From Chiloscyllium plagiosum (lineage: Eukaryota): DNA of 64,000 nucleotides. The notes under the pieces were generated by a model that ran no database searches, had not been told where the DNA came from, and saw nothing but the letters and a program-made list of their open reading frames with translations. Shown here piece after piece: positions 1-13,217 of the stretch. Position 1 is the first letter of the stretch. Every line of letters begins with the position of its first letter. Both the position numbers and the translations under genes were made by a program. The stretch lies in NCBI RefSeq assembly GCF_004010195.1, contig NC_057751.1:7364063-7428062 (forward strand). The letters are read 5' to 3'.

Positions 1-275
1 CCCCTTGACTTGTCCGGACTTGTCCGACCTGCCTAGCTCCTTTTCCACCCATCCACTCCACCCTCTCCTCCCTGACCTATCACCTTCATCTCCTCCCCCA
101 CTTACCCATTGTACTCTATGCTACTTTCTCCCCACCCCCACCAGCTTATCTTTCCACGCTTCAGGCTCTCTGCCTTTATTCCTGATGAAGGGCTTTTGCC
201 TGAAACGTCAATTTTGCTGAAGCTCCTTGGATGCTGCCTGAACTGCTGTGCTCTTCCAGCACCATTGATCCAGAA
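1..275 (+). mobile_element. PLE pLTR fragment with minimal hammerhead at 182-209
   Basis: Near-identical to the reverse complement of 46200-46500; CTGATGA-a-gggc-tttt-gcct-GAAAC-GTC. Confidence 0.85.
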
Positions 276-475
276 CCATGCTAATTTATTTACCAAGGAC
301 TGATCTGGCCTCAGTATGAGTCCAGTATACTGTTCTGGGCACCACACCATGGTAACAGAAAGAAATACAGGAAATGGAACCACAGTTGAATATCTTTAGT
401 CTTACCTGCCCTTTAGTAAGATCTTGACTGATCTGCCAAGTAACCAATTCTGACTGAAACAATATTAAACAGACA

Positions 476-1765
476 TTTTGATTTGATTTAGTATTGGCAC
501 ATTTAGTCAGATCCAGTGAAAAGTATTGTTTTGCATGCTCTTTAGGCAAATCATGTCTTTCCTCGGAACATCAGGGTAACAGGACAGAATACAGAAGATA
601 GTATTACAGCTGTAGAGAAGGCACAGGGAAAGCTCAACTACAATATATAAGAAGTCCATTCCTAAGTCTGACAACAGCAGGGAAGAAGCTGTTCTTAGAC
701 TTGTTCGTTAGTGTTTTCATTTATATCTTCTGCACGACAGAAGAGGGTGGAAGCGATATAACCAGGTTGGGAAGTGTCTTTGATCATGTTGGCTGGTTTC
801 CTGAGGCAGCAAGAAGTGCAGACCGAGTCAGTGGAAGGAAGGCTGGTTTTTGTGACGGACTGGGCTATGTTCACAACTCTCTAATTTTTCGCGGTCTCGG
901 TCAGCAGTTGCCATACCAAGCTGTGATGCATCTGGATAGGATGCTTTCTATGGTAAGTCTCTAAAATTGGTAAGAGTCATTGAGGACATGTTGACTTACC
1001 TTAACCTTCTGAGTAAGTACTCATGTTGGTGTGCTTTCTTAACTGTAGCATTGACGTGGGTGCACCAGGATCAATCGTTCATGATATGTACTCATAGGAG
1101 CTTGAAGCTCTCAACCACCTCCAGCTCAGCACTGTTGATACACACTGGGGTATATTCTACACTCTGCTTCCTGAAACTGCTGCGTTCTACTGACATTGAG
1201 GAGAGAATGTTATCCACGCCACGAAACTGTTTATCTCCTTCCTGTATTCTGTCTGTTTATTGTTTGAGATCTGACCCAATACAGTGGTGTCATCAGCAAA
1301 TTTCCAAATAGAGTTAGAGTTCAACTTGACCACAGTGTTGTGAGTGTATAAGGAATATAGTAAGGAGCTGAGTATGCATCCTTGCAGGGCACTGTTGTTG
1401 AGGATGATTGAGGAGGAGGTGTTGTCGCCTATCCTTACTGTGGGTGATCTGCAGGTCAGGAAGTCAAAGATCCAGCTGCAGAGTAGGGGAGCAGAATCTT
1501 TGGTTGTGCAGTTTAGAGGTGAGTTTTGTTGGGATTGTGGTGTCGAAGGCGGAGCTAAGTCAACAAATACGACTTTGATATCAGTGTCATTGTTGTCCAG
1601 ATGCTCCAGGGATGAGCGTATAGGGCCAGGGGAGTGACTTCTGTCATGGACCTATTGTGATGGAAGGCGAATTGTAGCACATTAAAGCAATTTAGTAGGC
1701 TGGAGTTGATGTTTGCCATTACTAACCTGTCGAAGCACTTCATAATGATGACTTTTGCCATGGGT
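476..1765 (-). mobile_element. Rex1/Babar-like LINE 3' part
   Basis: IIMKCFDRLV..LQFAFHHNRSMTE is a Rex1-type RT signature; tttgatttgattt tail at 476-489. Confidence 0.8.
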
Positions 1766-3189
1766 AATTGTAACGAGAGTGGAGATAGATGGGGATGAGA
1801 ATTGGTCCTTGAATGTACATCAGATACACAGACGACGAGGACCAACATTGACTGGAAGCCTGATGGACAGCCCCAAACTAAAACCTCCACCCTGTCAAGG
1901 CATGCACAGACCCTAAACGGAGACAAGAAATCTGGAAATCACAACATGCAGTGACCCAGGTCAAAAAGGTAAATTTGCAGATCAATCCCAGAAAACCTGG
2001 ACATGTTCATTACACTGCTGAGCTGAGATGTAACTCCAGATACGAGTACAAAAGAGATTTGTTTGGAATATACTCATGATGAGAGAGTTGAATCATGTGG
2101 TGATAACGGTGAAGCTGGGATGTTTTTGCTTTGAGCAGAGAATGTCAAGGGGTGACGTTGCAGAAGTTTGCAAATGTCAAATGTGTTTTCATAGCATATG
2201 TAGAGAAAAACTCTTTTCTGTTGCAAGTGGGTTGGAAACCAAGGGTGACATTTTAAATATCTGACAGAGAACATAGGGAAATGCGGAGACATTGATTCAC
2301 ACAACACAATGTTAAGATGTGGCATGTGGGACCTGAAAATCAGATTGCAGACCTATTTTCGAAGGACAGACGGGCATGTCCTTGTGCAGGAATACGTAGA
2401 GAAGCTCAGGAGTGAAACTCAGGATGACACACCAACTCATGTTGTAAATGCTTGTCAATCAAGTGTGTGTTTTCTTTGTAGTGAGTGAAGGGAACAGAAA
2501 CTAACAACTTAATTCACTCATTCAGTCAAATTGACTTGTGATGGCTCATGATGGGGAATATGTCTTTATTTCATCATGATCAAGAGTAGTTAATACTGGT
2601 TGGAGAAAGCTTGGGGCACATGGTCGGTGAACCTGGTTGGAGGTGTGCTATGTTTGTGCTGTGCAGGGTATTGTGGAGAAACCACATGAAGACAGCCATC
2701 CTGGATGTCATGGATTGGAGGCAGTTGTGCCATATCCCAGGTTGTTTGCTGTGGAAATGCCGTTTGTCCTGTACTTTTCCGTATTTCACCTGTGCGGAAT
2801 GCACCTGTTTACTGCGATTTCTGCTATCTTCTACTGCCGAGTTCCCAAATTGGACTCAAAAGTTTCACCTTGTTTGTTTACCCACATAATCTGCCAGACG
2901 TGCTGAGTTTCTCCAGTGCTTAAGCTTTCCTTTTTCATGGTTTGTGTTTTGAAGTTGTTCCTGTCGGGTGCAGTACGATGAGATAGAACAGATGTGTTGA
3001 CCCACATTGCTGTGCTCCTGGTCACAGGTACAGCTCAGTTGTGGGGTACTGGTGCATTGTGTGCCTTCCACGTTCTTATTTCAGAAAGTGAGGCCCTTCA
3101 TATTGTTACATTCAACTTTTTAGAAGGTATACGTACCCAGTTAAAACAGGGTTTGTATTGAGGGAACACTTTTCATCGTTAACAACATT

Positions 3190-3590
3190 CCAAAACATTT
3201 GACGGTAATGAGCACTTTTGAAGTGTGGTCTCTGTTGTACCAAAGGAAATGAAGCAGCCAATTTGCACAGAGTGAATTCATGCAAACAGCAATGTAGTCA
3301 CGATCAAGTTGTTCTATTTTTAGTGATATTGGATGAGTGATAACTAGTGGCTATGACATCGGAGAATATGTCCTTGCTGTTTTCAGAATAGTGTGACATC
3401 CTTGAAGTCACCGAAGAGAGTAGGTAGTGTCTTGGTTCTGTGCTTCATTCAAGCAATTGTCCCTTGAGCATTGCTGCCCTCAGTGCTGCAATGTCGAGTC
3501 TGTCGAGATTTATGTGCTATTGTGTCTGGAGCTGAAATGTAACTTGCAAACCTCAGAAGCGAGACAGTACAAGTAACTGAACAATGGCTT
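3190..3590 (-). mobile_element. Deu-domain (SacSINE1-like) SINE, decayed; related copies at 4380-4535 (+), 6940-7165 (-) and 19040-19710 (-)
   Basis: Mutual similarity among the copies and to the recalled shark DeuSINE core (ctgagggagtgctgcactgtc..ttggatgagac.ttaa.c.gagg). Confidence 0.55.
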
Positions 3591-4674
3591 ACAGTTCCAG
3601 GACTATCATCATTGACTGCATGTGTTGCAGTTCCACTGAACATGACTGTGATATAAGTGGAGAATTATTTGTTTTGTGATCACATGTCAGCTTTGAAACT
3701 GGCTGTGGGAGACATTCTGCCAGCAGATGTTGTAAACCATGATCCAATCATGAAAAGAGTAGGAGGACACTGGCAGCAAATGCTCAGACATCTGCCTTCT
3801 GAAAGCATCATTCTGGTGATTGCAGTCTCCTTTTAAGATCATACAGTGTGGCTCCTCATATGGTGAGAGCAGACAGGGTAGCATCTTTGAAGCATTAACA
3901 GCAGAATTCAGTCTAATTTGCCAATGAATGGGTCTCTGTTACACAACATCTCAGATCAAGGTCAGGGCAGTCCGCAGTGCACACTGTACAGGATGTTCTG
4001 CCCTATCATTAGTAATTATGATGTGTATGCTACAACTCCCTGGGGGTTTTGGGAAATGGGAGATGATGCTGTTTTCAACAGGACTTTTATGCAGTCGTCA
4101 GAAGTGCTTGATCAACACAAACTAACTTCTCATTTGTTGTTTAAAAAAAAAGCTCTTCACAGGTTTCTCTTACTTGGTGCTCCAGTTTCTGACTGCCTCA
4201 TGCATGCTTCATTCTTCATTGGAGTCCAGAGGTAGATTGCAATAGCAAGCTGCCTACCCACAGCTGTGCCTGATGGTATCATCTGAATGCACACATGCTA
4301 ATATTCCAGGAAGCAATTGCTAACTAATGCTTAGAAGGATTTTTCCTCTCCATAGTGTCAATCTTTCATTCCTTCTCTTTGACATTGAGCCAGAAGGTTC
4401 TGGGATCAAGTTCCACTCAGAAGATTTGAGCACAAACCTTTCACCTGATATTCAAGTGCATGACTGAGTGCTAAACTGTCAGAGATGCTTGTTTTGGATG
4501 AGACTTTAACCTGAGGATGCATCTGCCCTCTCCAAAGTACTAATGGATATGTCAGACTTTTAATTCCAACATGCTGCAGCTAAAACATAACTGAAGATAC
4601 AAAATCATCCGATGAAGTGTTACACTTGTACGGAGTTAGAGAAACATCATACGGAAAAACGAAAACAGAAAAGA

Positions 4675-5195
4675 TCATCGGTGGTCCCTTGTCGACAAGG
4701 ATGACTCTCTTACACTCTCAGGTTGAGTCTGTAGGTGGCTGTACAGACCTACACGGCAACCGCAAACTCTGTTATACTCTGGGCAGGTGATGGTCACGGA
4801 AAGGGATGGGTCAGGCATTGATGTGGGAGCACGCTCCTTTTGCTGTTTTCACCAGGCTTCAGCTTTTTCCCAACGGCAAATCTCGTGGTGCTCAACGCTT
4901 AAATGGATGCTCCTCCTCCACTTTGGACGGTCGTGAGCCAGTGATTCCCAGATGTCTATGGGAAGGCCTTGAAGGTACCACTGAAGCATTTCCTCTGTCC
5001 ACCTGGGGCTTGCCTGCCGTTTCAAAGCTGGGAATGGAGCACCTGCTTGGGGAGTCTCCAGTCAGTCAATTGGACAAAATGCCCAGCCCATCGTGGCAAT
5101 CAAAGGTGGTCACTGCCTCGATGCAGGGGATTTTGGTTTGGTTGAGGTTGGCATGTTTTTCTTCCCAGCAGATCTGCAGGATCTTATGCAGGCAA
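4675..5195 (-). mobile_element. RTE-clade LINE 3' fragment
   Basis: CLHKILQICWEE..IPCIEA and RQAPGGQRKCF are RTE C-terminal motifs. Confidence 0.7.
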
Positions 5196-8100
5196 AAAAG
5201 GAAGAGTTAATGAGACGTTGACTACCCATTATCCCTCTCAGCAGGAAGCCATCTTGTGCAGACCTGTTGAGTTTTATGCTTCCAAGGATACACAAAAAGA
5301 GCATTAAAAACTGACCGCTGGTCTTTGTGTTGGTGGCCTGACCTCATAGTTGTTGCGTATTGCTCGTCACAGCTGTACAATAGCCATTTAACTCCCCTGC
5401 ACTGCAGGGAAGAGACAACCTAATGCTGTCCACCACCTACAGTCAAAATGAAGCAATACAAAAGAATTTCAATGAACTCGGAAAAGCAAGAATTTCAGAA
5501 TTAACTGCTCAATACCAATGTCAGGTCAGGTACTGTCCCACGTAATGGTCGCCACCTTCACAAACAACTCCGAGAGGGACCCTTTTTAGGATAGCTTGTA
5601 TCCTTTCTTCGAGTTATCTCTTAGTCCTGATATGTGTGCTTGTGTGTTGTATTCTTATTTCTTCTGACATTTAACAAATAGCAATGTTATGCTTTTGTTA
5701 ACTGAAGAAAGCCTGGTTAAATTGGCTTCTCCTTTAATTTACTGTCAGAGATTGGTAATCACAAGTGAAGGGACCCATCCTGAAATGAACCATGTTGTGA
5801 CCATCCAAGGGTTTGTGTGACTAAAGCATGGGGTTGTTCAATCCTCCTGACCTGGGATTTTAACCATTTGGTGTATGACGTCTAGAACCTGAACAAACTT
5901 GGGACCTTGCCTCGCGGCTGGTTATAAACAATATACATGCAGTCTTTTTTTAACTAGCTCACAGAGAGACTGGCTGAGTGAAGCATTTGTTCAGCCACCC
6001 CAACTAAAATCAGCCAATTTCACTTGGGCTCAGATTGGAGCACCAGTTCTTGCTGGTCAGTATGGCTGGGCAGTGCATTTACCAGAAACAGACTTTGAAA
6101 TTCAACTGTCAGTCACTGGGTTATATTTTTCTTGTATTGTCATGAGGCCATCTTGAAATGACAAGCTTTGTGATTATGGTCAGTAGGCTGTGAGCATAAT
6201 GTGATTTGAGAGTGCAAAGCATGTGCCTGATTGCAGGGCTGTTATCTCCCTGCGCCCATCAGGCCTTCAACTTTATTCACATGAGACCCATGTCTGACTT
6301 CACATGAAAAAGCCTGGCCTCACAGAAAGCATTTAGCACACGTGGACATTGAGAGTCTGCAATCACCAGAACAGTTCTGCCTGTGCAGCATCTAGCTAAT
6401 CAGTTTTAGCAGCCACTGAAACATCTGTCTGAGACTGGTCACTTCATTCTTGTTTAAAACGAAAATAATCCTCATTAGAATCCATTAAGTTCAATTTGAC
6501 TCTCAATCATGGTGTAAAGGAACTGTGAATAGAGTGAGGAGAAAAAGCACAGGGCTCTGCCAAACATCTGTGAATCCAATTTTAAAAACTTGGACTGCTA
6601 GTCCTTGTGTCATTTCCACCTGCAAATTCAATAATCTGTAAATGGGTTTGATCTGAGCCTTTCAACTTTGCATTCTGGATTCAAATGACTGTACAAAATG
6701 GGAGAGCGTTTACGTCACCTGTAACTGCTGCTGTATTATAGAGAAATTTGCATTTATGTAAAATCTTTAATAATGTAGAGATGTTTACAACAAACAAAGT
6801 ACTCCTGAACTAAACTATGTGTTGCCAGACAGGAAGTATAATAGCCTTCACACATAGCAAGCTGCCACACGTAGCAATATAATACCCAAACAATCTCTTT
6901 GAGTAATGCTGGTAGAGGGATTATTATTAGTGAACTCATGGGGCAGAGAACTCTCCCGCTGTTCCTTAACTAGTTTCATGCATGTTTCATGTCTATTTGA
7001 GAAGACTGATAGAGTTTTGTTTTAAGGTCTTATTCAAAAAATGACGTATCTGTTGGTGCAACTTGATCTGCATTTCACTGAGAGCTTCAGTCAGAATACT
7101 GTTTGGAACGGGAGTGAAACCTACAACCTTCACATTAGGTGTGACCAACTCAGCCATCACTGATTGAGAGATTATGTCTGACAGGAAACTAGTTCAGAAA
7201 GTCTCAGTACAGTTAATGGTCTCCACCAAACCGTCTGCATTGTTCAATATTGAGCATTAAATATTAAAAGCCAATCTGATGTTTATGAAGGGAACTAGAA
7301 GTGTTAAATGTTCTCAGTTAGGAGGACTTGTCCTCTGCAGGTACGTTGGCATTCCGGATGGAGCATTGTCATCTTTCATCTTGGTAAGTGCTGATGTCAG
7401 AGCGAGGTTAACTCTGTATCTAACTGCTGATTGGCAAGTTTTAAAGGAAGTATAAATGGCTCTGATAGCTGTATACGGTATTTGGGAAGTTCCAAACAGC
7501 TATCCAGTATTTTCCGAGATGTAAATGTTGTTGATATTCACCACCTTGCATCTTTCAGGACTCTGTCCCGTCTAGACAAACTGCAGATTGAGGAGAAAAT
7601 TACAAGAGGCAGGCAGAGTCAGGGACAGCATGAAATGGAATGCTTCCATGTTGGTCTAAATGTATCTCTGTTCCTTAACCATTTGAACCATCTATGACGC
7701 AACCTCCCAAAACTGGTCAGTGAAATTGTTGGAACAGAAACTACCTTCTTGTTGGCAGGTATGTAATGCCTTTGAACAACCACAAAATGTTTATTTTTCC
7801 CTGACAGAACCTCTGCTGAAAGTCAGCCTTTTGCCGTGAATTAAATGGGATACAGCCGTCTCCCTGGAGCAGCTCTTTCAGGGGCCAAATAGGTTGAAAT
7901 TGCAGTGTAACTGATGATTCAAAATGACTCCAGAGAAGCAAGGAAGAGACACTCAGCTAAAAGGATTGGAAATTCTTGGAAGGCAGGAGCTATATAATTG
8001 TTCAATGCTCTGCACCAATGTCCATTAGAATTTGACCAAAAAAAAGTATTTTCTTAAAAATGCCTGAACGTACATCCCAAAAACACATAAACAAACATGT

Positions 8101-8247
8101 TGGTTTCTCTCCTCTCTCCCACAGTCATTGTGCTTGGCAATCTTACCTTTCCCAAATAACACCCTCCAGAGCACCACAGTTGTTGGCATTAACAAGGAGA
8201 ACTATGTGCTTCTTGGAATACATGACTTCATCTTTATTTTGACTTGC

Positions 8248-8705
8248 AGTCATAGAGTCATACAGCACACGAACAACACTTCGGTCCAACCAGTCCAAAC
8301 TAAACTAGTCCCATCTACCTGCATTTGGCCCATATCCTTCCGAACAGTTCTTATTCATGTACTTATCTAAATGTCTTTTTAACATTGTAACTTTACCCAC
8401 ATCCACTACTTCTTCTGGCAGTTCATTCCACACATGAATCACTTTGTGTAAGAACGTTGCCCCTCATATTCTTTACAAATCTTTCTCCTTTCACCTTCAA
8501 AATATGCCTCCTAGCCTTGGGGGACAAAAAACCTGCCATTCACCTTATCTTTCGCCCTCATTATTTTATAAACTTCCATAAGGTCACCCCTCAATCTCCT
8601 AAACGCCAGTGAAAGAAGTCCCAGCCTGTCCAGCCTTTCCTTATAACTGAAACCCACCATTTCAGCAACAGCCTGGTAAATCTTGTGTGACCCCTCTCCA
8701 GCTTA
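8248..8705 (-). mobile_element. CR1 LINE 3' fragment
   Basis: Homologous to the 3' ends of the other CR1 copies (catagagtcatacagcac.. tail). Confidence 0.85.
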
Positions 8706-9103
8706 TTATGCGAGCTAACAAGGAGCACTGCCCAGGGCATGATAATCTTGAGCATCTGAAGGTTAAATGAGTTTCCAGTATCAGGCAGCTTTCCAGCACC
8801 TTCATCTCCTTTTTACCTTTTTGGTACTCCGATTTCTACCCCATGGCAATTGATGGTGCCATTTCAGCAGACTTGTCAGCAGGTCTGGTCTGGTCTGATG
8901 TACACACCATGTGCTTGTTTTTAATTGGGAGTGAAAAATCTGATTTTTGCTTGGTGACATTTGGAGTGAAGTTGCACTGGCATCTCCCTTTAATGCAAAC
9001 TGGAGAAGACTTGGAAGTTTACTTTGCCTTAAAAAATATTTGAGTGTTTGTTAGAACACTTCAGCATCTCCTGAATGTCCTGTCTTTCTGTCTCAGTTTG
9101 CAG

Positions 9104-9172
9104 ATGAAGAATTTAGCAGCCAGGAGCTACGTTAAATGGTAGCAATTGTTAAACCGGAACAGAGTCTGGAAG
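9104..9172 (+). CDS. FAM178B: FAM178B/SLF2-family penultimate coding exon with an in-frame TAG at 9140-9142
   Basis: Acceptor tctttctgtctcagtttgcAG|9104 and donor 9172|GTAATT; 69 nt, phase 0-0. MKNLAARSYVKW*QLLNRNRVWK aligns without gaps to recalled FAM178B [23 protein letters not shown] and SLF2 [23 protein letters not shown]. Lies upstream of SEMA4C on the same strand, as human FAM178B does. Confidence 0.72.
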
Positions 9173-9666
9173 GTAATTGTATTCAGCTGCCACCTTACCA
9201 GGGAATGTTCGCAGCTCATAATGAGGGAGCGGTGATTCAGTCTGCCATCATCCTTCAGAAAAGGATGCAGATGACCTTTCACACGAAACCAAGCAAGGAA
9301 AAAATAATCTTAGGGTCAAATGTGATTTTGCAAATTAGTGTCTCAAATGGGGGAGTGTATTTTACCATATTATTTTGTCAGGGTTAATTCACCAGTTCCA
9401 TGACCTCAAAAAGAGCAGTTGTCAGAAAGAATTCAGTAAATAAATGTAAAATTTATTGCACTATTGTGAAGGTGTCAGTGAAGCCAGTGCACACGTGTTA
9501 GACACCCCTTGTTGTTTCTGGGCATGTCAACCTGAACCTCCCAATCCTGATCGCTGTCTAGTGTCTTCTGTTAAAACGTGCATGTATCCTGATGTGTATC
9601 AGAAAAAGGGGAGCTGTGTACTTTCACATGATGTTGAGGTGCTAAATTTTGATTGAGATGGACAGG

Positions 9667-9861
9667 GTCAGAAGTCAGATGACACCAGATTTCTTGCCTA
9701 ACAGGTTTATGTGACATCACAAGCTTTCAGAGCATTATCCCTTTGTTCGGTGAAGAAGGTGAACGGGCAACGGCTTCATCTGACAATGACGCAACCCTCC
9801 AAAAGCTCATGATTTCACGTAAACCTGTTGAACTATAACCTGATGTTGTCTGACTTCTGAC
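9667..9861. repeat. Older fold-back palindrome related to 27272-27448
   Basis: Perfect 13-bp terminal inverted repeat gtcagaagtcaga/tctgacttctgac with continuing imperfect symmetry (aacaggttta/taaacctgtt, agcttt/aaagct). Confidence 0.7.
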
Positions 9862-9865
9862 TTTC

Positions 9866-10621
9866 ACATAGAGTCAAAGAGATATACAGCACAACATAGA
9901 CCCTTTGGTCCAACTCATCCATGCTGACCAGATATCAGAAATGAATCTCGTCCCATTTGCCAGCATTTCGCCCATATCCCATTTAAACCCTTCCAATTCA
10001 TATTCCCATCCAGATGTCTTTTAAATGAGGTAATTGTACCAGCCTCCACCACTTCATCTGGCAGCTCATTCCATATGCTCACCACTCTCAGCATGAAAAG
10101 GTTACTTCTTCGATCCCTTTAAAATTTTTCCCCCTCACCTTAAATCTATTCCACCTAGTTTTGGACTCCCCCACCCCAGGGAAAGGAACGTGTTTATTTA
10201 CCCTATTCATGCCCCTCACAATTTTATAAACTTCAATCAGGCCACCCCTCAGCCTGCGATGCTCCTCGGAAAACAGCCTCAGCCTGTTCAGCCTCTCCCT
10301 ATAGCTCAAGTTCTCCAACCCTTGCAACATTCTTGTAAATCTTCTCTGCACCATTTCAAGTTTCACAACATCCTTCCCATAGCGGGGAGTCCAGAATTGA
10401 ACAGCGTATTGCAAAAGTGGCCGAACCTATGTCATGTACAGCCGGGACGTGACCTCCCAGCTCCTATACTCAATAATGTTGACCACTAAGGGCAAGCATG
10501 ACAAATGCCTCCTTCACTTATCCTATCTACCTGTGACTCCACTTTCAAGGAGCCAAGAACATACATTCCAAGCTCTCTTGGTTCAGCAACACCTGCCAGG
10601 ACCTTTCCATTAGGTCTAATG
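9866..10621 (-). mobile_element. CR1 LINE 3' fragment
   Basis: YAVQFWTP..QRRFTRML..RRLRGGLIEVYKI and CR1 3' UTR. Confidence 0.9.
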
Positions 10622-10785
10622 ATGCAGTTGAACCGACAGGAGCTACCCCTGAACTGTCTGTGATAAACAGGAGAGGAGATGTGGCTAAAACATGGGTTTC
10701 AGTCCTCTGTAGGAATAAAGACAGGAATGAGGCACAGTGGGAGTATCCCTGGACTACTAATCCAGAGACCTCGACGAATGGTCTG

Positions 10786-11632
10786 TGTAAGTATGTAAGT
10801 TAGCTCGCTGAGCGTGAAGATTTGTTTCAGACATTTTGTCACCATACTAGGTAACAACAGCAGTGAGACCCTTGTGATATGTCCTTCCTCTCTATTTATA
10901 GGTCTTGGTTTCTTAAGGTCGGTGATGTCATTTGTGTTTTTTTTTCAAGGGAAGGTAGATAGGGTCTAAGTCGATATATTTATTGATGGAGTTCTGGTTA
11001 GAATGCTGTGCCTCTAATAGTTCTCATGCATGTCTCTGTTTCACCTGGGATGTGTGTGTTGTCCCAGTCAAAGTGGTGTCCTTCTTTGTCTGTATGTATA
11101 AAAACTAGTGATAGTGGGTCGTGTCTTTTGGTGGCCAGTTGGTCTTCTTATAACCTGGTGGCAAGTTTCCTGCCAGTTTGTCTGATGTAGTGTTATTTTA
11201 CAGTTCTTGCATGGCATCTTGTAAGTGATGTTAGTTTTGTTGGTGATGTCAAATGGATCCTTTAGGTTCATTAATCACTGTTTAAGTGTGTTGGTAGGTT
11301 TGCGGGCTACCATGATGCCAAGGGGTCTGAGTAGTCTGGAAGCCATTTCTGAAATGTCTTTGATGTAAGGTTTTTGGATGTGTTGTGTATGCTTGTTTAG
11401 GTTTGTTTCTGAGGAATCGGCGGATTGTGTTTATTTGGTACCTGTTTTTCTTGAAGTAGATATTTTTCTTCTGCTTTTTGTAGTTCTTGGGTGCTGCAGT
11501 GTGATGGAGCTCATTGAAATAATGTCACAATGCAGCTCTGATTGTGGGTGTCGGGATGATTGCTTCTGAAGTTAAGTATTTGGTCCATGTAGACGCTGGT
11601 TTGAAGTTCTCTGTGACTGTAGGTTCAACTGT
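10786..11632 (-). mobile_element. Second PLE family 3' fragment (GIY-YIG + pLTR), inserted into a SINE
   Basis: LKDPFDITNKTNITYKMPCKNCK..YIRQTGRKLATRL..KRHDPLS (frameshifted) is a PLE endonuclease. Decayed hammerhead ctgctgttgttacc-tagtat-ggtgac-aaaatgtc on - at ~10830-10865. Confidence 0.8.
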
Positions 11633-12009
11633 CACGTCTTGAGTTCACCTGTGATCATAGCAGCTGAGGAATGCGACATCAGTTGATTAAATAATACTGC
11701 AATAAAAAAGCTAGGATCAGAAATAGGGATTGGGAACGTCTTGGTTGTTGTAAAAATATGCCTTGCTCACTTTTGTCATCGAAGACGAAATGTTCCAACC
11801 TCTCCCACTCTGGCTTGCATGTGACTTCAGATCCCCAGTGATGTAGTTGACTGTCAATTGCCCTGTGAAATGGCCGAGCAAAACACAATTTTCAGCAAGT
11901 GGGTCACCCCCAACTTCTCAAGGGCAATTTGGGCTGGGCAATAAATGCTCAGCTTATTGGTGATGCCCACAAGCTGTGAATGACTGAGAGAAAAATAATT
12001 GGCTTGGGA

Positions 12010-12360
12010 TCACAAAACTGTAGGACATAGGAGCAGAAATAGGCCATTCAGCCTCTCGAGTCTGCTCTGCCTTTCAATGAGATTACAGTTGATGTGATCA
12101 TCATCAGCCCCATAACCCTTCACTATCCTATCTACCTGTGACTCCACTTTCAAGGAGCCAAGAATGTACATTCCAAGGTCTCTAGGTTCAGCAACACCTG
12201 CCAGGACCTTTCCATTAGGTGTAATGGTCTTTTCCCCATAACCCTCAGTCCTTTGACTGAAGAAGAACCTGTCTTTGTCCACATTGAATATACTTACTGA
12301 TCTTGCCTCTACCACTCACTGCAGGAAACAATTCTTCAGATTCATTATTACCCTCTGACA
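12010..12360 (-). mobile_element. Old CR1 3' end carrying a 114-bp templated insert
   Basis: cataggagcagaaataggccattcagcc tail family, also seen at 30910-31070. Confidence 0.7.
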
Positions 12361-13217
12361 AAAGAAATGCGCAAACTCTTAATCTGAGATGATGCGTGAG
12401 CAGTCCACTTTAAAGTAGCCTGCAAGGATAGATATGGTTCAAGAAAGCTGGCATGGCCCTGTCTCATCAGTGTTAAATTGGTGATTGATTGCATGTTGGT
12501 TTCTGGATTTAGATGTTAAATCATACAGCAGTGGACTATTTACATACATTTGCACAGAGCAGAGACTTTGTGAAACATTAAATGGCCGTTATCAGACTAG
12601 ATGAGAACTGGAAAATTACTAAAGCAGTCTTTTCAATGCAGCTGGCCAACTGGCCCAATAAACAGCAAGGACAACATTCCATGCTTCCATGCAGATTTCT
12701 TAATTTTAAAATGGAGATTTTAACATACAGAGAGCTCTCCATTTCCTCGGGGAGTGGATTTTTTTTTTAAGAAGTGCAATTTTTTTTAAAAAATGTCATT
12801 TTTAGAAACAAATTTTGTCTTGCTTCGTTTATTTGGAAAATGAGTCTGATCAAGCACATACATCAGAATTTATTTTTGCTTGATTTTTGCTGTAAGTAAT
12901 GCATACTTACAATGTTGTATGCTCAACCACCCAATCTAAGACTGAGTGGAGATGAAGATGTTGTCTTTCTTGAACCACAGTTACCATATGCAGGTTACTT
13001 GGCATTTCAGATTCACACAAACAGCAGCTTAGTACTGTTCAAGCGGATGCTTTGGCTATATTAGCTTGTCGCAGCTAATCTGGCACTAAGTTACATCCAA
13101 GTTCAGCTAATTCAAAACTCTCCTGGCTGGTTCACCATGTTCCACTCTCCATAAATTTGAAGTGATCCAAAACTCTACCACCCATTTCTTAATTTGGATC
13201 AAGCACCATTTACTGGT

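Noticed and set aside
5300..5885. Solo-LTR-like segment ending near tttggtg
   Set aside because: No second LTR, TSD or internal gag/pol evidence could be established.
7341..7383. 43-nt AG..GTAAGT exon-like segment
   Set aside because: No frame resembles FAM178B/SLF2 and it would shift the frame; probably cryptic.
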